From the IMG/VR virus record IMGVR_UViG_3300045988_174665: a stretch of 64,000 nt of DNA; one strand, 5' to 3'. This DNA comes from a virus. Both the position numbers and the translations under genes were made by a program. The notes beneath the pieces are model-generated. The model searched no databases, was not told the DNA's origin, and saw only the letters and a program-made list of their open reading frames with translations. Shown here one piece after another: positions 52,038 to 61,547 of this stretch. How positions within the stretch are numbered: the stretch's first letter is position 1; every line of letters starts with the position of its first letter.

Positions 52038-53081
52038 TTAAAGGTCATAAACCTCTGAATATGTTTGTGCGATACCAGTATTCTGATAAATTGCCCAATC
52101 ATGATGACTATGAATAGCAGCACCAATTTTTCTATATACATGCATTTCTAAAGAATTATCTCTATTCTTAAAGTCATTGATTTGAGTACCACCCTCAAGA
52201 ACAAGTTTAACTACCTTTTCCTTACCTGTTGGTAAAATATAAGCGATTTGAGGGTCAATTTGAGTCTTTGTGTTAGTTTCATCAATGAAAGACTGAGGAA
52301 TCTGAACAATTGTTGTACCACGGAAAATATTAATGTATCCAGTCTTATGAATTGCATCAATATCATCTGGATGGTATACACCTTGATAATTTGTTCCTAC
52401 AGGAACGATTGCATCAGGACCCATTGCCGCAATGAACTCAGGCGGTGCAAAAATAATTGCATTGCTACCATAAGCTCTAACTACATTAATAAGCTTAACC
52501 ATTTCTTCTCCATTAAACGAAGAACCTGTAAACTTATTTGCTGCCGGACGACCCTTAGCATTAATTGCTGCACGAAGAGCCTTTTGTACTTCTCCGAACA
52601 TAGAATCAGTAAGTCCTTCAGTAATAATTTCCATTACATCTGACATTACTTCAGCACCATCTAACAGTCTTTCAAAATCAACTGTTACAGCACCACCTAC
52701 TGCGTAAGCAGATACTTCATAGCTACCTCTGTCAAGTCTAAAGGTTTCGTATACACCAGAAAGACCAACTTGAGTAAGGAACTGTTTTGCTCTATTTTTA
52801 CCAAGTCTTGTCTTAAAGATAGCTTTTTGATTTTGTCCAACTACCTGAATATCAGCAAAACCACCCATTGCAGAAATAACATTATTAGGAACGATTTCAT
52901 CAGCAGTATCAATTATAATCTGATAAATGTCGTATCTGTTTTTCATAAACATATTTACTGAGCCAGCTAATTCTTTTAATCCATCTTGTATAGCTTGGTT
53001 AACCGAATTAACAGAAAAGTTTGCCGGAGCAGTCTTTTTTGCAGAGTACATAGCTAACTCTTTTAATTTTTCTAAAGTCAT
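52038..53081 (-). CDS. major capsid protein
   Basis: 347 aa in the canonical position (portal, scaffold, then capsid). Strong AAGGAGGAAA SD, a following attenuator and highly biased codons. Confidence 0.7.
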   Translation of the reverse strand: MTLEKLKELAMYSAKKTAPANFSVNSVNQAIQDGLKELAGSVNMFMKNRYDIYQIIIDTADEIVPNNVISAMGGFADIQVVGQNQKAIFKTRLGKNRAKQFLTQVGLSGVYETFRLDRGSYEVSAYAVGGAVTVDFERLLDGAEVMSDVMEIITEGLTDSMFGEVQKALRAAINAKGRPAANKFTGSSFNGEEMVKLINVVRAYGSNAIIFAPPEFIAAMGPDAIVPVGTNYQGVYHPDDIDAIHKTGYINIFRGTTIVQIPQSFIDETNTKTQIDPQIAYILPTGKEKVVKLVLEGGTQINDFKNRDNSLEMHVYRKIGAAIHSHHDWAIYQNTGIAQTYSEVYDL

Positions 53082-53099
53082 AATCTATTTTCCTCCTTA

Positions 53100-53660
53100 T
53101 TAACCAATACACTGGAATTTTATACCAAATTGTCCATCTGGCATTGTAGTACCTTTTACTACCTTGAGAATTGGAGAAGTTGTAGGTTTAGTATCACTAA
53201 CTACATGAGTACCATCTGTATGATAAGTAGCATAAAGTGGTGTAGTCTTTAACTTTTCTACGGTACAAGCTTCTTTAAGTTTATCATCATCTGTAAATTT
53301 TTCAGCATCATAACTAATTGTATTAACCGTATAAGTATCTCCTAAAGTAAGGTAACCCATACGAGGTAAAAAAGTGCCGGGTACTAGACAGAAATTTTTT
53401 AAACCGTCTTCTCTCTCGTCATACATATGTTCCGATGAATAGTTTAATGCAATTGGTAAAACAGTGGCAGCTGTAGGTAAGCCAATAGTACGAGTAGTTT
53501 TATCAACTGTATAAAGCATGCCATTTTCAGCCGGCTTAGCTTTTGTAAAAGAAGCTGAATCTAATTTACATTGAGCTTCAATTCTGCCATCTCTACGAAA
53601 AGTTACATTATTTAATTCAACTTGTCCATAGCCATCAATTGCTAGTCTTTGAATTGCCAT
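53100..53660 (-). CDS. hypothetical head protein (possible decoration or auxiliary capsid protein)
   Basis: 186-aa beta-rich ORF directly upstream of the capsid gene, with AGGAGGAAA SD. Confidence 0.35.
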   Translation of the reverse strand: MAIQRLAIDGYGQVELNNVTFRRDGRIEAQCKLDSASFTKAKPAENGMLYTVDKTTRTIGLPTAATVLPIALNYSSEHMYDEREDGLKNFCLVPGTFLPRMGYLTLGDTYTVNTISYDAEKFTDDDKLKEACTVEKLKTTPLYATYHTDGTHVVSDTKPTTSPILKVVKGTTMPDGQFGIKFQCIG

Positions 53661-53676
53661 TATTATTTCCTCCTAT

Positions 53677-55068
53677 TTACTTGTGTTCATAACGAGATAA
53701 GATTTCTTCAATTCCTGTAGTAGGCTCATATTTTGGGATTTTAAATCCCGGCTGTGTTTCAAGAGCAAAAACAGAAGGATTTTCTTTAACTGCGGCATAA
53801 GCCAGCTCTTTATCTAAGTCTTCTACAGTATACTTATCTTTGTTTTCTTTGAAATTAACTAAAACATCTTCTGAAATAGTTTTAGAATACTTTTGAAGTA
53901 AATTATCTTTTTCAGAATTTTCTATATTAGTTTTGTAAGTTACAAGCTCTTGGTTGTTTTGTTTTAATGTTTCAATTTCTCCTTGAGCCTGAGTAAGTTT
54001 TCCCTCAACAGCTTCTTTTTCTTCCGTTAAAGTACTTTTCTCTATTTCTAAAGTAGAAATAGTATCTTCTTTCTCTTTAATTTTGATTTCAAAATTAGAA
54101 ATTTTTTCTTTTGAATCTTTAGCCTCTTGTAAAGTATTACTAAAGTTTTCATCTACTTTTTCCAAAGTATTGTTATTTAAAGTGCGTAAAGTTTCAACAG
54201 CAGATTTTTCTGATTCGCTAAGATATTCTACATATACTAATGTAATATCTCCTAATTGAACTGCATCGTTATCTTTTGTATAACAAACTTTATAGGTTTT
54301 CTCATCCTCATACTTTTTTACAATAGCATAATCGTCATACACATCTAAAATACTATATTCTACGATATGGTCGTTTTCTTCATTGTACTTAGTATTTAAT
54401 GCATACCAAATTTGCTCATACTTTTGAGAATCTGATAAATTAAATTTAAATTTCATAAATTTCTTTCCTCCGTCATTCTGTTTTTTTGTTTCGAGTTGTT
54501 GAATAAATTTTGTCATTTTATCATATAAAGTAAAGAACGCCGCCCCTTCAAAACAAGGCTCTACATCCTCTCCTAATACTTGTAAACCTAAAAAACAAGC
54601 ATCTTGATAAACAAAATATCTACCGCCATCAATAATTGACCATTCCCCTTTTATAGAGGGAACATATAATTCCATAGATTGCGGTTTTCCAACAATCTCT
54701 GACGCTTCTTTATATAAACTTGTAAATAATAAAACATCCACACAAGCATAAGTCCGTTCTATTCCGTCTTCATCTAAAAAGTTTTCCCATTTTAGATTAG
54801 GATTTTCCGGAACTATACCATAAATTTTTCCAATATCATTCGCCGCACCGTGGTCAGTAAAATCTTCATCAGACTGACTATAAATACCCTTGATTGGTAC
54901 ATAACTAATGGTTGATAAAAGTTTGTCAGCAAATTCATCAGTAATATATCCACCATTACGATTAGCTTTTTTATAAAAAATTCTGCATCTAGCTTTAGAT
55001 AAAACTTCATTATATCTTTCCAGTTGACTATAGACAACCACTTGGAAATTATTAATATTTTGATTCAT
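53677..55068 (-). CDS. putative prohead protease / scaffold fusion
   Basis: The C-terminal ~170 aa form an E/K-rich coiled coil (scaffold-like). The N-terminal domain (ANRNGGYITDEFADKLL...PIKGIY...DHG...PQSMEL) loosely resembles prohead protease cores. Lies between the portal and capsid genes. Confidence 0.4.
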   Translation of the reverse strand: MNQNINNFQVVVYSQLERYNEVLSKARCRIFYKKANRNGGYITDEFADKLLSTISYVPIKGIYSQSDEDFTDHGAANDIGKIYGIVPENPNLKWENFLDEDGIERTYACVDVLLFTSLYKEASEIVGKPQSMELYVPSIKGEWSIIDGGRYFVYQDACFLGLQVLGEDVEPCFEGAAFFTLYDKMTKFIQQLETKKQNDGGKKFMKFKFNLSDSQKYEQIWYALNTKYNEENDHIVEYSILDVYDDYAIVKKYEDEKTYKVCYTKDNDAVQLGDITLVYVEYLSESEKSAVETLRTLNNNTLEKVDENFSNTLQEAKDSKEKISNFEIKIKEKEDTISTLEIEKSTLTEEKEAVEGKLTQAQGEIETLKQNNQELVTYKTNIENSEKDNLLQKYSKTISEDVLVNFKENKDKYTVEDLDKELAYAAVKENPSVFALETQPGFKIPKYEPTTGIEEILSRYEHK

Positions 55069-56573
55069 TAGCTGCCTCCTTGATTATCTGAAGATTTTTC
55101 ATTATCAATGGTTCGTGGTGACTTCTCATCTTCTTCTTTTTTAGGAGCACCACCGACATCGCCACTTTGAGTGTATGCAGTAGATAGAGGGATTAATAAA
55201 TCAGATAGTTTTAAAACATCATTTTCTAAAGTTTTTATATTACACAAATCACTTTGAGAAAGTCCTGCCGCAATCGCTGGCAGAATAAAGCTATATCCAG
55301 AATTAGCTAAAGATAAAGAAGATTTTAAATAGTCTTGATAATTATAATTAGTAATTGGTAATATGTTATATTTAAATTCTATAATATTATTAGCAAAAAC
55401 AATATTAACAATATTAGTTAAATAATTAGAAAATTTATCAATTAAGGGACTCATAAAAGCTGTATCATTAGTAATCGAATTTTCTAAAGATAAATTACCG
55501 GTGGCCGCAAATAGTTGACTACTAGCACCAGCTTCATAATAAATATTATTAACCATTTTTTCTAAATTACTAATATTATTATCATTGGTAGTTTTTGAAG
55601 TAGCTATTTCTGCATCGGTATAAGTTGTTAAAATATCAACATTCTTATTCTTTCTGAGCATCTGTACTGCACCATTATGCATAACTTCTGCTTCTTCTGG
55701 TTCAAATAATAATGTTCCGTCATTTGTGTGAGGAACTTTTTGGATAAGAATTTTTTTAATTTCATCCTTATCTCTTTCCATATCAAGTTGTACAGCTTCG
55801 TCATAAAGAATCGTAGCCGGAATCAATGATAAAAATAAAGGTCTACCATCATACATAGAAAAACAAATAGTTTTTTCAACTGGAAGCATTACCCATTTAT
55901 TTGCTGTTTTTCCGTCACGAAATCTTTTATAAGCCCTTTGAACATTTTTCGGATAGGCGGCAAGAGCACTGGCTCTATCACCCTCATCATTAATTCTACT
56001 AAAATAAGTTACATCAAATTCTATTAAATCATTATTATTTGCATCTTTAAAATTAGAAGAACAATATCTTATTGGCAGGTCTAAAACTGAAAAATTTTTA
56101 TTATCTAAATTAACTACCAATCCATAATAAGCTCCATTAATTAAAGCTTTTAAGGCACAATTATTTAAAAAACTAGGAATACCAATTTTCTCGCAAAAAG
56201 ATAAAGCTTTATAATACCTATCCTGTAAACTGTCTTCTGTTAATTTTCTTTTTCTCTTTAATATCTTTGGAATTAATATTCCTTCATATTTAAAAATGGT
56301 TGCATAATAAATTAAAATTCTGCGATAAAAACCGTTTTTATAAAAATAATTTTGAGATAAAGCTCTCTGTTCAGTTAGAGAGCCTGACTCAATAATCTTC
56401 TTTATTTCATCTAAACTATAATCTTTACAAGGCTGCCTTAAATTTCGATTACTCCATATTCCATTGGAATAACTGTTATCATTCGTGGCAATCATATCTG
56501 TAAAAGCTTTTTTAAAAGTTTCTAATGTAAAATGTTTTATTTGTTCAGGTTTATTTACTTGACTTTCATCCAT
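55068..56573 (-). CDS. portal protein
   Basis: 501 aa immediately downstream of TerL, with an acidic/Gly-rich C-terminus. Assigned by position and size. Confidence 0.65.
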   Translation of the reverse strand: MDESQVNKPEQIKHFTLETFKKAFTDMIATNDNSYSNGIWSNRNLRQPCKDYSLDEIKKIIESGSLTEQRALSQNYFYKNGFYRRILIYYATIFKYEGILIPKILKRKRKLTEDSLQDRYYKALSFCEKIGIPSFLNNCALKALINGAYYGLVVNLDNKNFSVLDLPIRYCSSNFKDANNNDLIEFDVTYFSRINDEGDRASALAAYPKNVQRAYKRFRDGKTANKWVMLPVEKTICFSMYDGRPLFLSLIPATILYDEAVQLDMERDKDEIKKILIQKVPHTNDGTLLFEPEEAEVMHNGAVQMLRKNKNVDILTTYTDAEIATSKTTNDNNISNLEKMVNNIYYEAGASSQLFAATGNLSLENSITNDTAFMSPLIDKFSNYLTNIVNIVFANNIIEFKYNILPITNYNYQDYLKSSLSLANSGYSFILPAIAAGLSQSDLCNIKTLENDVLKLSDLLIPLSTAYTQSGDVGGAPKKEEDEKSPRTIDNEKSSDNQGGS

Positions 56574-56576
56574 AAA

Positions 56577-58358
56577 TTAACCTCCCGAAAAGAAAATAAG
56601 TTTACGAGTACCAGAACCGTTTCCAAATCTTCTTCTACGCTTATAACTTTCTTCTTCAAGTTCCTTAATTCTCCATAAGCCATAAGCAAATGAATAATAC
56701 TTATCATCTGGAAAACGAGTATTAATTGATTCTAAAACAATGTCCATTCCTGTTCTTTTTAAGCGTAAATTAGCCATTTCCTCAAAAAGTTTTGTTGTCA
56801 TTTCGTGAGGTAAAAGTCTTTTTATACGCTGCTCAGGTTTCATTTTTTGACCAATCTTTGTTTCAAGTAAGGCATTTTTTGCTGATTGTTCAGTAATCAA
56901 AAAACGAACCGTGCCGCCGTTTAAACGAGAATAGGCATTACCATTAATTTGAGATTTTAAACTACCGCTAGCCTTAATTCCATACAAAATTTGTGGAGCT
57001 TCTTTTGGTTGAACTTTCTTATAAGTATCATCATTATGAAAACCATATGCAGGATAAGATTCTCCGAACTCATCTATTTGTGTTCTAATCATCTCATCTG
57101 CAAAGCCAACACCTAAGCCATTTGTATCAATAACTACTTCTTTTGGCTTAAAATCTCTAATAATTCTTTTTAATTCAATTGCTTGTTGATAGAAAGTTTT
57201 TGCCTTTATGTTTTTACCCAATACAAAAATATTAACCAAAGAACAGTAATATTTTCCACCTTGAATTTTAACTTTAAAGACACTACAAACTGTTTGGTCG
57301 TGAATTCTACCTACGTCTACTGATAATAAGTAAAATTGTGAAGTTCCTCGTCTAACAGAAAAGTGCGTTTCTGGATTTTTTAATTTTCGATATTTTTGTA
57401 ATTTATCAAAATTAAACCAAGAATCTTCTCCTCCGCCAGTCCAGACCGACATATACTCACGAGCAAAAGTCTCTTCATTATAAGAAGGTGACATTTGCAA
57501 TTCTTTAATAAAAGAACGGTCTAGTAAACCGTGCATTACAGGAACTCGATAATCACAACCCCAAACAAAGGCTTCTTTAGGATTAATAATTTGCATTTCT
57601 AGTAAATCAATAAGCTTCATATAGGCATATGAAGACTTAACGCCCGCCGAAGTCATATAAAGTTGTTGTTGGTTGGGTTCATTTGGATTAACTTTTCCCA
57701 GTGCAGTTCTTCTTGAAACATTCATTAAAGGAAGGACTACTGAATTTAAAATTTCGCCATCGTGGTCACGGACCTCGTCAATGAGTCCTCCCTGACGTCT
57801 TCCTCCACGTTCCGAGTCTAAAGCACCAACTACATCAAAGATAGACTTATTACGAAAAAGTAAACTAATATAATCTTTTCCAAAAGAACCCTCCCCAATA
57901 ATTTCTTTTTTAAGAAGAGGATATTTATCCCAGATTTCAAAAATTTTATCTTTAGCTATTTTCGCAGATTGATTTTTACCAGGGGCGCAAATGAATCTTT
58001 TTGTTCCGGGCAAAAAAATACATTGCAAATAAATTGCTAAAATAGAAAGAAAAGTTTTAGAAAAAGCACGACAAGCTGTAACATAATGATATCTATATCT
58101 AAAGCACGCCCGCAAGAAAATTCTTTGGTAAAAGAATAAATGGAAATTTGAATCCGATGGGGCAATGATATCAAGAAAAATATCTGGATAGGCAATAAAT
58201 AAATCCATATAACGCTCAAAAAGCTCAATATGTTCTAAAAGATAACTTTCAGTTAAAATAAAACCTTTGTCAATTTCAATTCCATCTTTCTTTTCTTTTA
58301 TGACCGTTTCTTCTAATTTATCTAATGTTGATTGGGAGAAAAGACTAAATTCTTCCAC
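56577..58358 (-). CDS. terL: terminase large subunit
   Basis: Walker A-like VTACRAFSKTF, Walker B GGLIDEVRD, and a C-terminal RNase H-like nuclease (VVIDTNGLGVG). Start proposed at GTG 58358 (GGAGG 8 nt upstream); the track's ATG 58409 has no SD. Confidence 0.85.
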   Translation of the reverse strand: MEEFSLFSQSTLDKLEETVIKEKKDGIEIDKGFILTESYLLEHIELFERYMDLFIAYPDIFLDIIAPSDSNFHLFFYQRIFLRACFRYRYHYVTACRAFSKTFLSILAIYLQCIFLPGTKRFICAPGKNQSAKIAKDKIFEIWDKYPLLKKEIIGEGSFGKDYISLLFRNKSIFDVVGALDSERGGRRQGGLIDEVRDHDGEILNSVVLPLMNVSRRTALGKVNPNEPNQQQLYMTSAGVKSSYAYMKLIDLLEMQIINPKEAFVWGCDYRVPVMHGLLDRSFIKELQMSPSYNEETFAREYMSVWTGGGEDSWFNFDKLQKYRKLKNPETHFSVRRGTSQFYLLSVDVGRIHDQTVCSVFKVKIQGGKYYCSLVNIFVLGKNIKAKTFYQQAIELKRIIRDFKPKEVVIDTNGLGVGFADEMIRTQIDEFGESYPAYGFHNDDTYKKVQPKEAPQILYGIKASGSLKSQINGNAYSRLNGGTVRFLITEQSAKNALLETKIGQKMKPEQRIKRLLPHEMTTKLFEEMANLRLKRTGMDIVLESINTRFPDDKYYSFAYGLWRIKELEEESYKRRRRFGNGSGTRKLIFFSGG

Positions 58359-59337
58359 CGTCTTCCACCTCCGCAACAAAGCCATCATCGTCATCAAAGA
58401 CTTCATCAAAGCCGGCCTTTTCGTACATATCTAAATCATATTCTTTGTTAGTGTTATAATAATCTTCTGATTGTTTAGCTTCTTTTAATTGCTTAACTCT
58501 CCGTTCAATATCTTCTGAAATTCCACTTTCATTAGTATAAAGTCTTCGATTAAAAGTTTCAATATTTTGCATAGTTTCATCAACTATATCTTTACTAACA
58601 TCATCATAAAATTTAGGTTGCCATCCTTTCTTTTCCAACCAGCGGCAAAGTTCTCCAACCGATTCAAAGTCACTAGCACTTTTTACATTCTTAGGAGTAA
58701 AATCAGCCAGTTTAACCAATTTATCATATGAAGCTAATAATTTATCGAAATCTGTTCCAGACCTTATTCGGCTATCAATTAAAAGAGAAATCTTACAAAT
58801 TTTCTTAGCTTGGTCCATTGAAATTTTTCCATTAACATTTTGAGTATTTAGAATACCTTGTAATAAGTCTTCCAAATATTCGAGTTCTTCTTCACAATAG
58901 TCTGGACCCCACTTAGCCTGAAGTTCTTTTAAGTGTTTTTCCCTAATTTCGGGTAATTCGCTTTCGATGACCTTGGCGTCCTGTAACTCTTTGAATTTTC
59001 GGAAATAATCTCCCCATCCTAAACTTTCGTATTCTTGAGCCTTAAAGACATTACAATAAACAGGAAAAACATCATCCCCGTTATCTTTATGAAGTCTCTC
59101 AAACTCTTGAGGAACAAAAGGTATATCTAAATATTGACAAAGTTTATCGACATAAGTCCAATTAAAATCGTTTTCTCTTAATAAATTTTTAAGACAACTT
59201 GTACAAAAAGGAATAACCCCGTCTGGATAAAAAAGTGACCGTGTCGGCAGAAATTCCTCTATTGATAAGGTACTGCCGCAATGCTCACATTTTTTAAACA
59301 AAACTTTTTTAACTTTAACTTTAGGCTGAAGGCTCAT
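58345..59337 (-). CDS. putative terminase small subunit (N-terminal zinc ribbon, acidic C-terminus)
   Basis: Lies directly upstream of and overlapping terL. Carries CEHCG-x23-DG-x4-CTSC. The call rests on position only. Confidence 0.35.
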   Translation of the reverse strand: MSLQPKVKVKKVLFKKCEHCGSTLSIEEFLPTRSLFYPDGVIPFCTSCLKNLLRENDFNWTYVDKLCQYLDIPFVPQEFERLHKDNGDDVFPVYCNVFKAQEYESLGWGDYFRKFKELQDAKVIESELPEIREKHLKELQAKWGPDYCEEELEYLEDLLQGILNTQNVNGKISMDQAKKICKISLLIDSRIRSGTDFDKLLASYDKLVKLADFTPKNVKSASDFESVGELCRWLEKKGWQPKFYDDVSKDIVDETMQNIETFNRRLYTNESGISEDIERRVKQLKEAKQSEDYYNTNKEYDLDMYEKAGFDEVFDDDDGFVAEVEDGGRI

Positions 59338-59698
59338 TTTCTTTGCCCCCTTTTTTAACCCCTTTTTCCGTTATCTTTTTGTTAATTAAATTGGTTTTTT
59401 TTCTTTTTGAAGAGTCAACCGCTTGTTTTAGAACTTTAATTGTATCTCTTCTTTTCTTTTTACTCGAAAGGCAAAATTGTTCTGTGGTGTCTGCTAAAAT
59501 TTCATAAAAGTCTTTGGGAATTGATTTACCTTCTTTGTCCTTTTCTTTCTTAACCATTTCAACTTTAAAGAATCTAACCAACCCCAGAAATTCAATTTCT
59601 GAAAGTTTAGAAACTAAAAGAAGAAAATTAGTAATTTCTTTTTCGGGAATCTTAATTTGCTTTTGTTGAGAATTTGAGTTTTTTTCGATTACGCTCAT
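59321..59698 (-). CDS. small basic protein
   Basis: Start taken at MSVIEKN (AAGGAG plus a 10-nt spacer). Lys/Arg-rich C-terminal half. Confidence 0.5.
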   Translation of the reverse strand: MSVIEKNSNSQQKQIKIPEKEITNFLLLVSKLSEIEFLGLVRFFKVEMVKKEKDKEGKSIPKDFYEILADTTEQFCLSSKKKRRDTIKVLKQAVDSSKRKKTNLINKKITEKGVKKGGKENEPSA

Positions 59699-60995
59699 CT
59701 CTATCACACTCCTTACATCTATTAGAAAATCCATCTTTAGAACGACTTTTTCTACAATAATTTTTGGTGGAAATTAAAAAGGTGCGGCCGCATACTCTGC
59801 AATTTTTAAAGTTCTCTGGAAAAAATAAATTCTTAATAAGCTCTTCGTGGTAAGCGGCGGCGGCGTTAATTTCCCCTATAATTTTTTGTTTGAAAAGTGT
59901 TGAAATATAATTTGCAGTATAAGTTTTTTGAAATTTTTGATTAATAAAATCCGCTATTTTTTGGTTTGGAACTTTCTTTAATTTTAAGTCTAAAATTTGT
60001 TGTAGGTAATCTGGTAAATTGGCTTCCTTTATGTAAAATTTTAAAGTTTTAAAAAGAAAAGGAGAGGTTTCTTCTATATCTTCTAAAATAATTGAATCAT
60101 AAACTTCGTAAAAGTGAGTAAAAAATCCGTAAAGGTGGTCTGGATTTTTAAAGTCAAAAAAGTTTTGGTTTTTTCTTTGGTCTTGAAGTTTCCAATAAAG
60201 AGAAGAAATTAATTCGAGTTCTTCCTCTGAATAAAGCGACGGCCGCAATTCAGAAAAGGGTTTAAAAATCAATTGAGAGAAAGAAGAATTATCTTGAAAT
60301 CCTAAAGGGAAAACGGGAATTTCAACTCCAAATTTGGGAATCTCTTCTGGGGTTATAACCAAATTAAAACTCTCAACCAAAACTGGCGTTGAATAGTTAT
60401 CTCTAAGTGTGTATTGCTCCGTTCTAAGTTCAACAAGACGATGGCGAAGTTTTAGGTAAGAAAATTGGTTGAGAGAAGTGGCTTTTTCTTTAAGAGAAAG
60501 CTGTTTTTCCTCATCAATGCGGGAAAGAAGTTCTGGTCGAGGTGGTAACTTTCTTTTCCCCGTTTTTAAATCGTAAAAGTTAAGGAGAAGTTCAAGCTCA
60601 TCAATTTGTTTAAAAAGGGAAGTGAAAGCTTTTTGAAGTTCAGGAGAGGCTTCTTTTAAGGCTTCTTCTCGAGAAAATTTTTCCTTCTTAACTTTAAGAG
60701 GGGTAGAGTTAATGTGGCGAACTTGGTTTTCGTTAAAGGTCGGGGATTCAATTAAGGCATTAAGGCTTTCTTCTGGTCGCCGAGTCCAAGTTTTATTCTT
60801 TGTTTCAATTTGAATTTCTTTTTTTTGATTACAATTTAAACCATCTTTATCTTTTCCCCACAAGAGGTAGTTAGAAATCGTTTCTAATTCTGTAGGGGTT
60901 AGGTTTTGTAACTTTGGGTTAGTGAGATATTTTTGTAAAAATTTTGACCTTTCTTCTCCAGATTCGAGAGAGAAGTCAAGGTTTAGTCTGTTCAT
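59652..60995 (-). CDS. hypothetical protein with C-terminal zinc ribbon, first gene of the virion arm
   Basis: 447 aa. Carries CRVCG-x18-DG-x4-CKEC near the C-terminus and a possible HTH (VPNQKIADFINQKFQKTYTANYISTLF). GC looks higher than in neighbouring genes. Confidence 0.6.
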   Translation of the reverse strand: MNRLNLDFSLESGEERSKFLQKYLTNPKLQNLTPTELETISNYLLWGKDKDGLNCNQKKEIQIETKNKTWTRRPEESLNALIESPTFNENQVRHINSTPLKVKKEKFSREEALKEASPELQKAFTSLFKQIDELELLLNFYDLKTGKRKLPPRPELLSRIDEEKQLSLKEKATSLNQFSYLKLRHRLVELRTEQYTLRDNYSTPVLVESFNLVITPEEIPKFGVEIPVFPLGFQDNSSFSQLIFKPFSELRPSLYSEEELELISSLYWKLQDQRKNQNFFDFKNPDHLYGFFTHFYEVYDSIILEDIEETSPFLFKTLKFYIKEANLPDYLQQILDLKLKKVPNQKIADFINQKFQKTYTANYISTLFKQKIIGEINAAAAYHEELIKNLFFPENFKNCRVCGRTFLISTKNYCRKSRSKDGFSNRCKECDRDERNRKKLKFSTKAN

Positions 60996-61006
60996 TTTAT
61001 TCCTCC

Positions 61007-61121
61007 ATTTTAGATTAAAGTTATCCTTTAAGTTAATTATACACTAAAAAAGTTCCAAAGTCAAATTTTAGAAATTGTGGATTTTAGATAAAATGTATAA
61101 TTTTAAAGGTAGAATTTTAGA
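61007..61121. repeat. four copies of ATTTTAGA around the virion-arm promoter
   Basis: Exact 8-mers at 61007-61014, 61065-61072, 61081-61088 and 61114-61121. Confidence 0.7.
61036..61064 (-). promoter_or_regulatory. consensus sigma70 promoter with extended -10 for the virion arm
   Basis: On the - strand: TTGACT (61064-61059), 17-nt spacer ending in TG, TATAAT (61041-61036). Confidence 0.7.
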
Positions 61122-61249
61122 AAAAATTGCTAAAGAAATGAAAATTGAGTTCAGTGGGATTTTTTGCCAGGCCATTTCTGAACCGTCCAAAAAAAGTAGG
61201 TTATTTCATAAAACATACCCGCCCTTTATAAATTTTATAAATATATAAG

Positions 61250-61280
61250 TAAAAAAATAAAGAGGCTATATAGCCTCTTT
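61250..61280 (-). terminator. rho-independent terminator
   Basis: Perfect palindrome AAGAGGCTATATAGCCTCTT (61260-61279). The A run on + at 61251-61257 gives a T run on the - strand. Confidence 0.75.
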
Positions 61281-61533
61281 ACTTTATATTTATTATTGTA
61301 TATTTTTCTGGACTATTTGTAAAGCCTTTATAAAAAGTAACTGTTAATTCATCACCATTTACAAAATTATTAGTATCATTATAAAAACTATAAACATCGC
61401 TATTTGTACTAATATAAATTATATTTTTATCTACATTAACAACTGTTGCGGTTTTAGTTTCTGTAGTTGTTGCAAAAAGTGCAACAACTACAACAAATAT
61501 TAAACTTAAAATAATTATAATTTTTCTTTTCAT
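61279..61533 (-). CDS. small exported or membrane-anchored protein
   Basis: 84 aa with the signal/anchor sequence MKRKIIIILSLIFVVVVALFA, followed by a beta-rich soluble part. Confidence 0.6.
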   Translation of the reverse strand: MKRKIIIILSLIFVVVVALFATTTETKTATVVNVDKNIIYISTNSDVYSFYNDTNNFVNGDELTVTFYKGFTNSPEKYTIINIK

Positions 61534-61547
61534 TTTTTAAACTCCTT

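Noticed and set aside
52248-52961. + strand ORFs antisense to the major capsid gene
   Set aside because: No SD sites, Cys/Arg/Asn-rich nonsense composition, and full overlap with a strongly supported gene.
61138-61248. 36-codon + strand ORF (MKIEFSGIFCQAISEPSKKSRLFHKTYPPFINFINI) in the intergenic region
   Set aside because: No SD and no promoter that I could identify; too short to support. It may be a gene remnant, given slightly higher GC.
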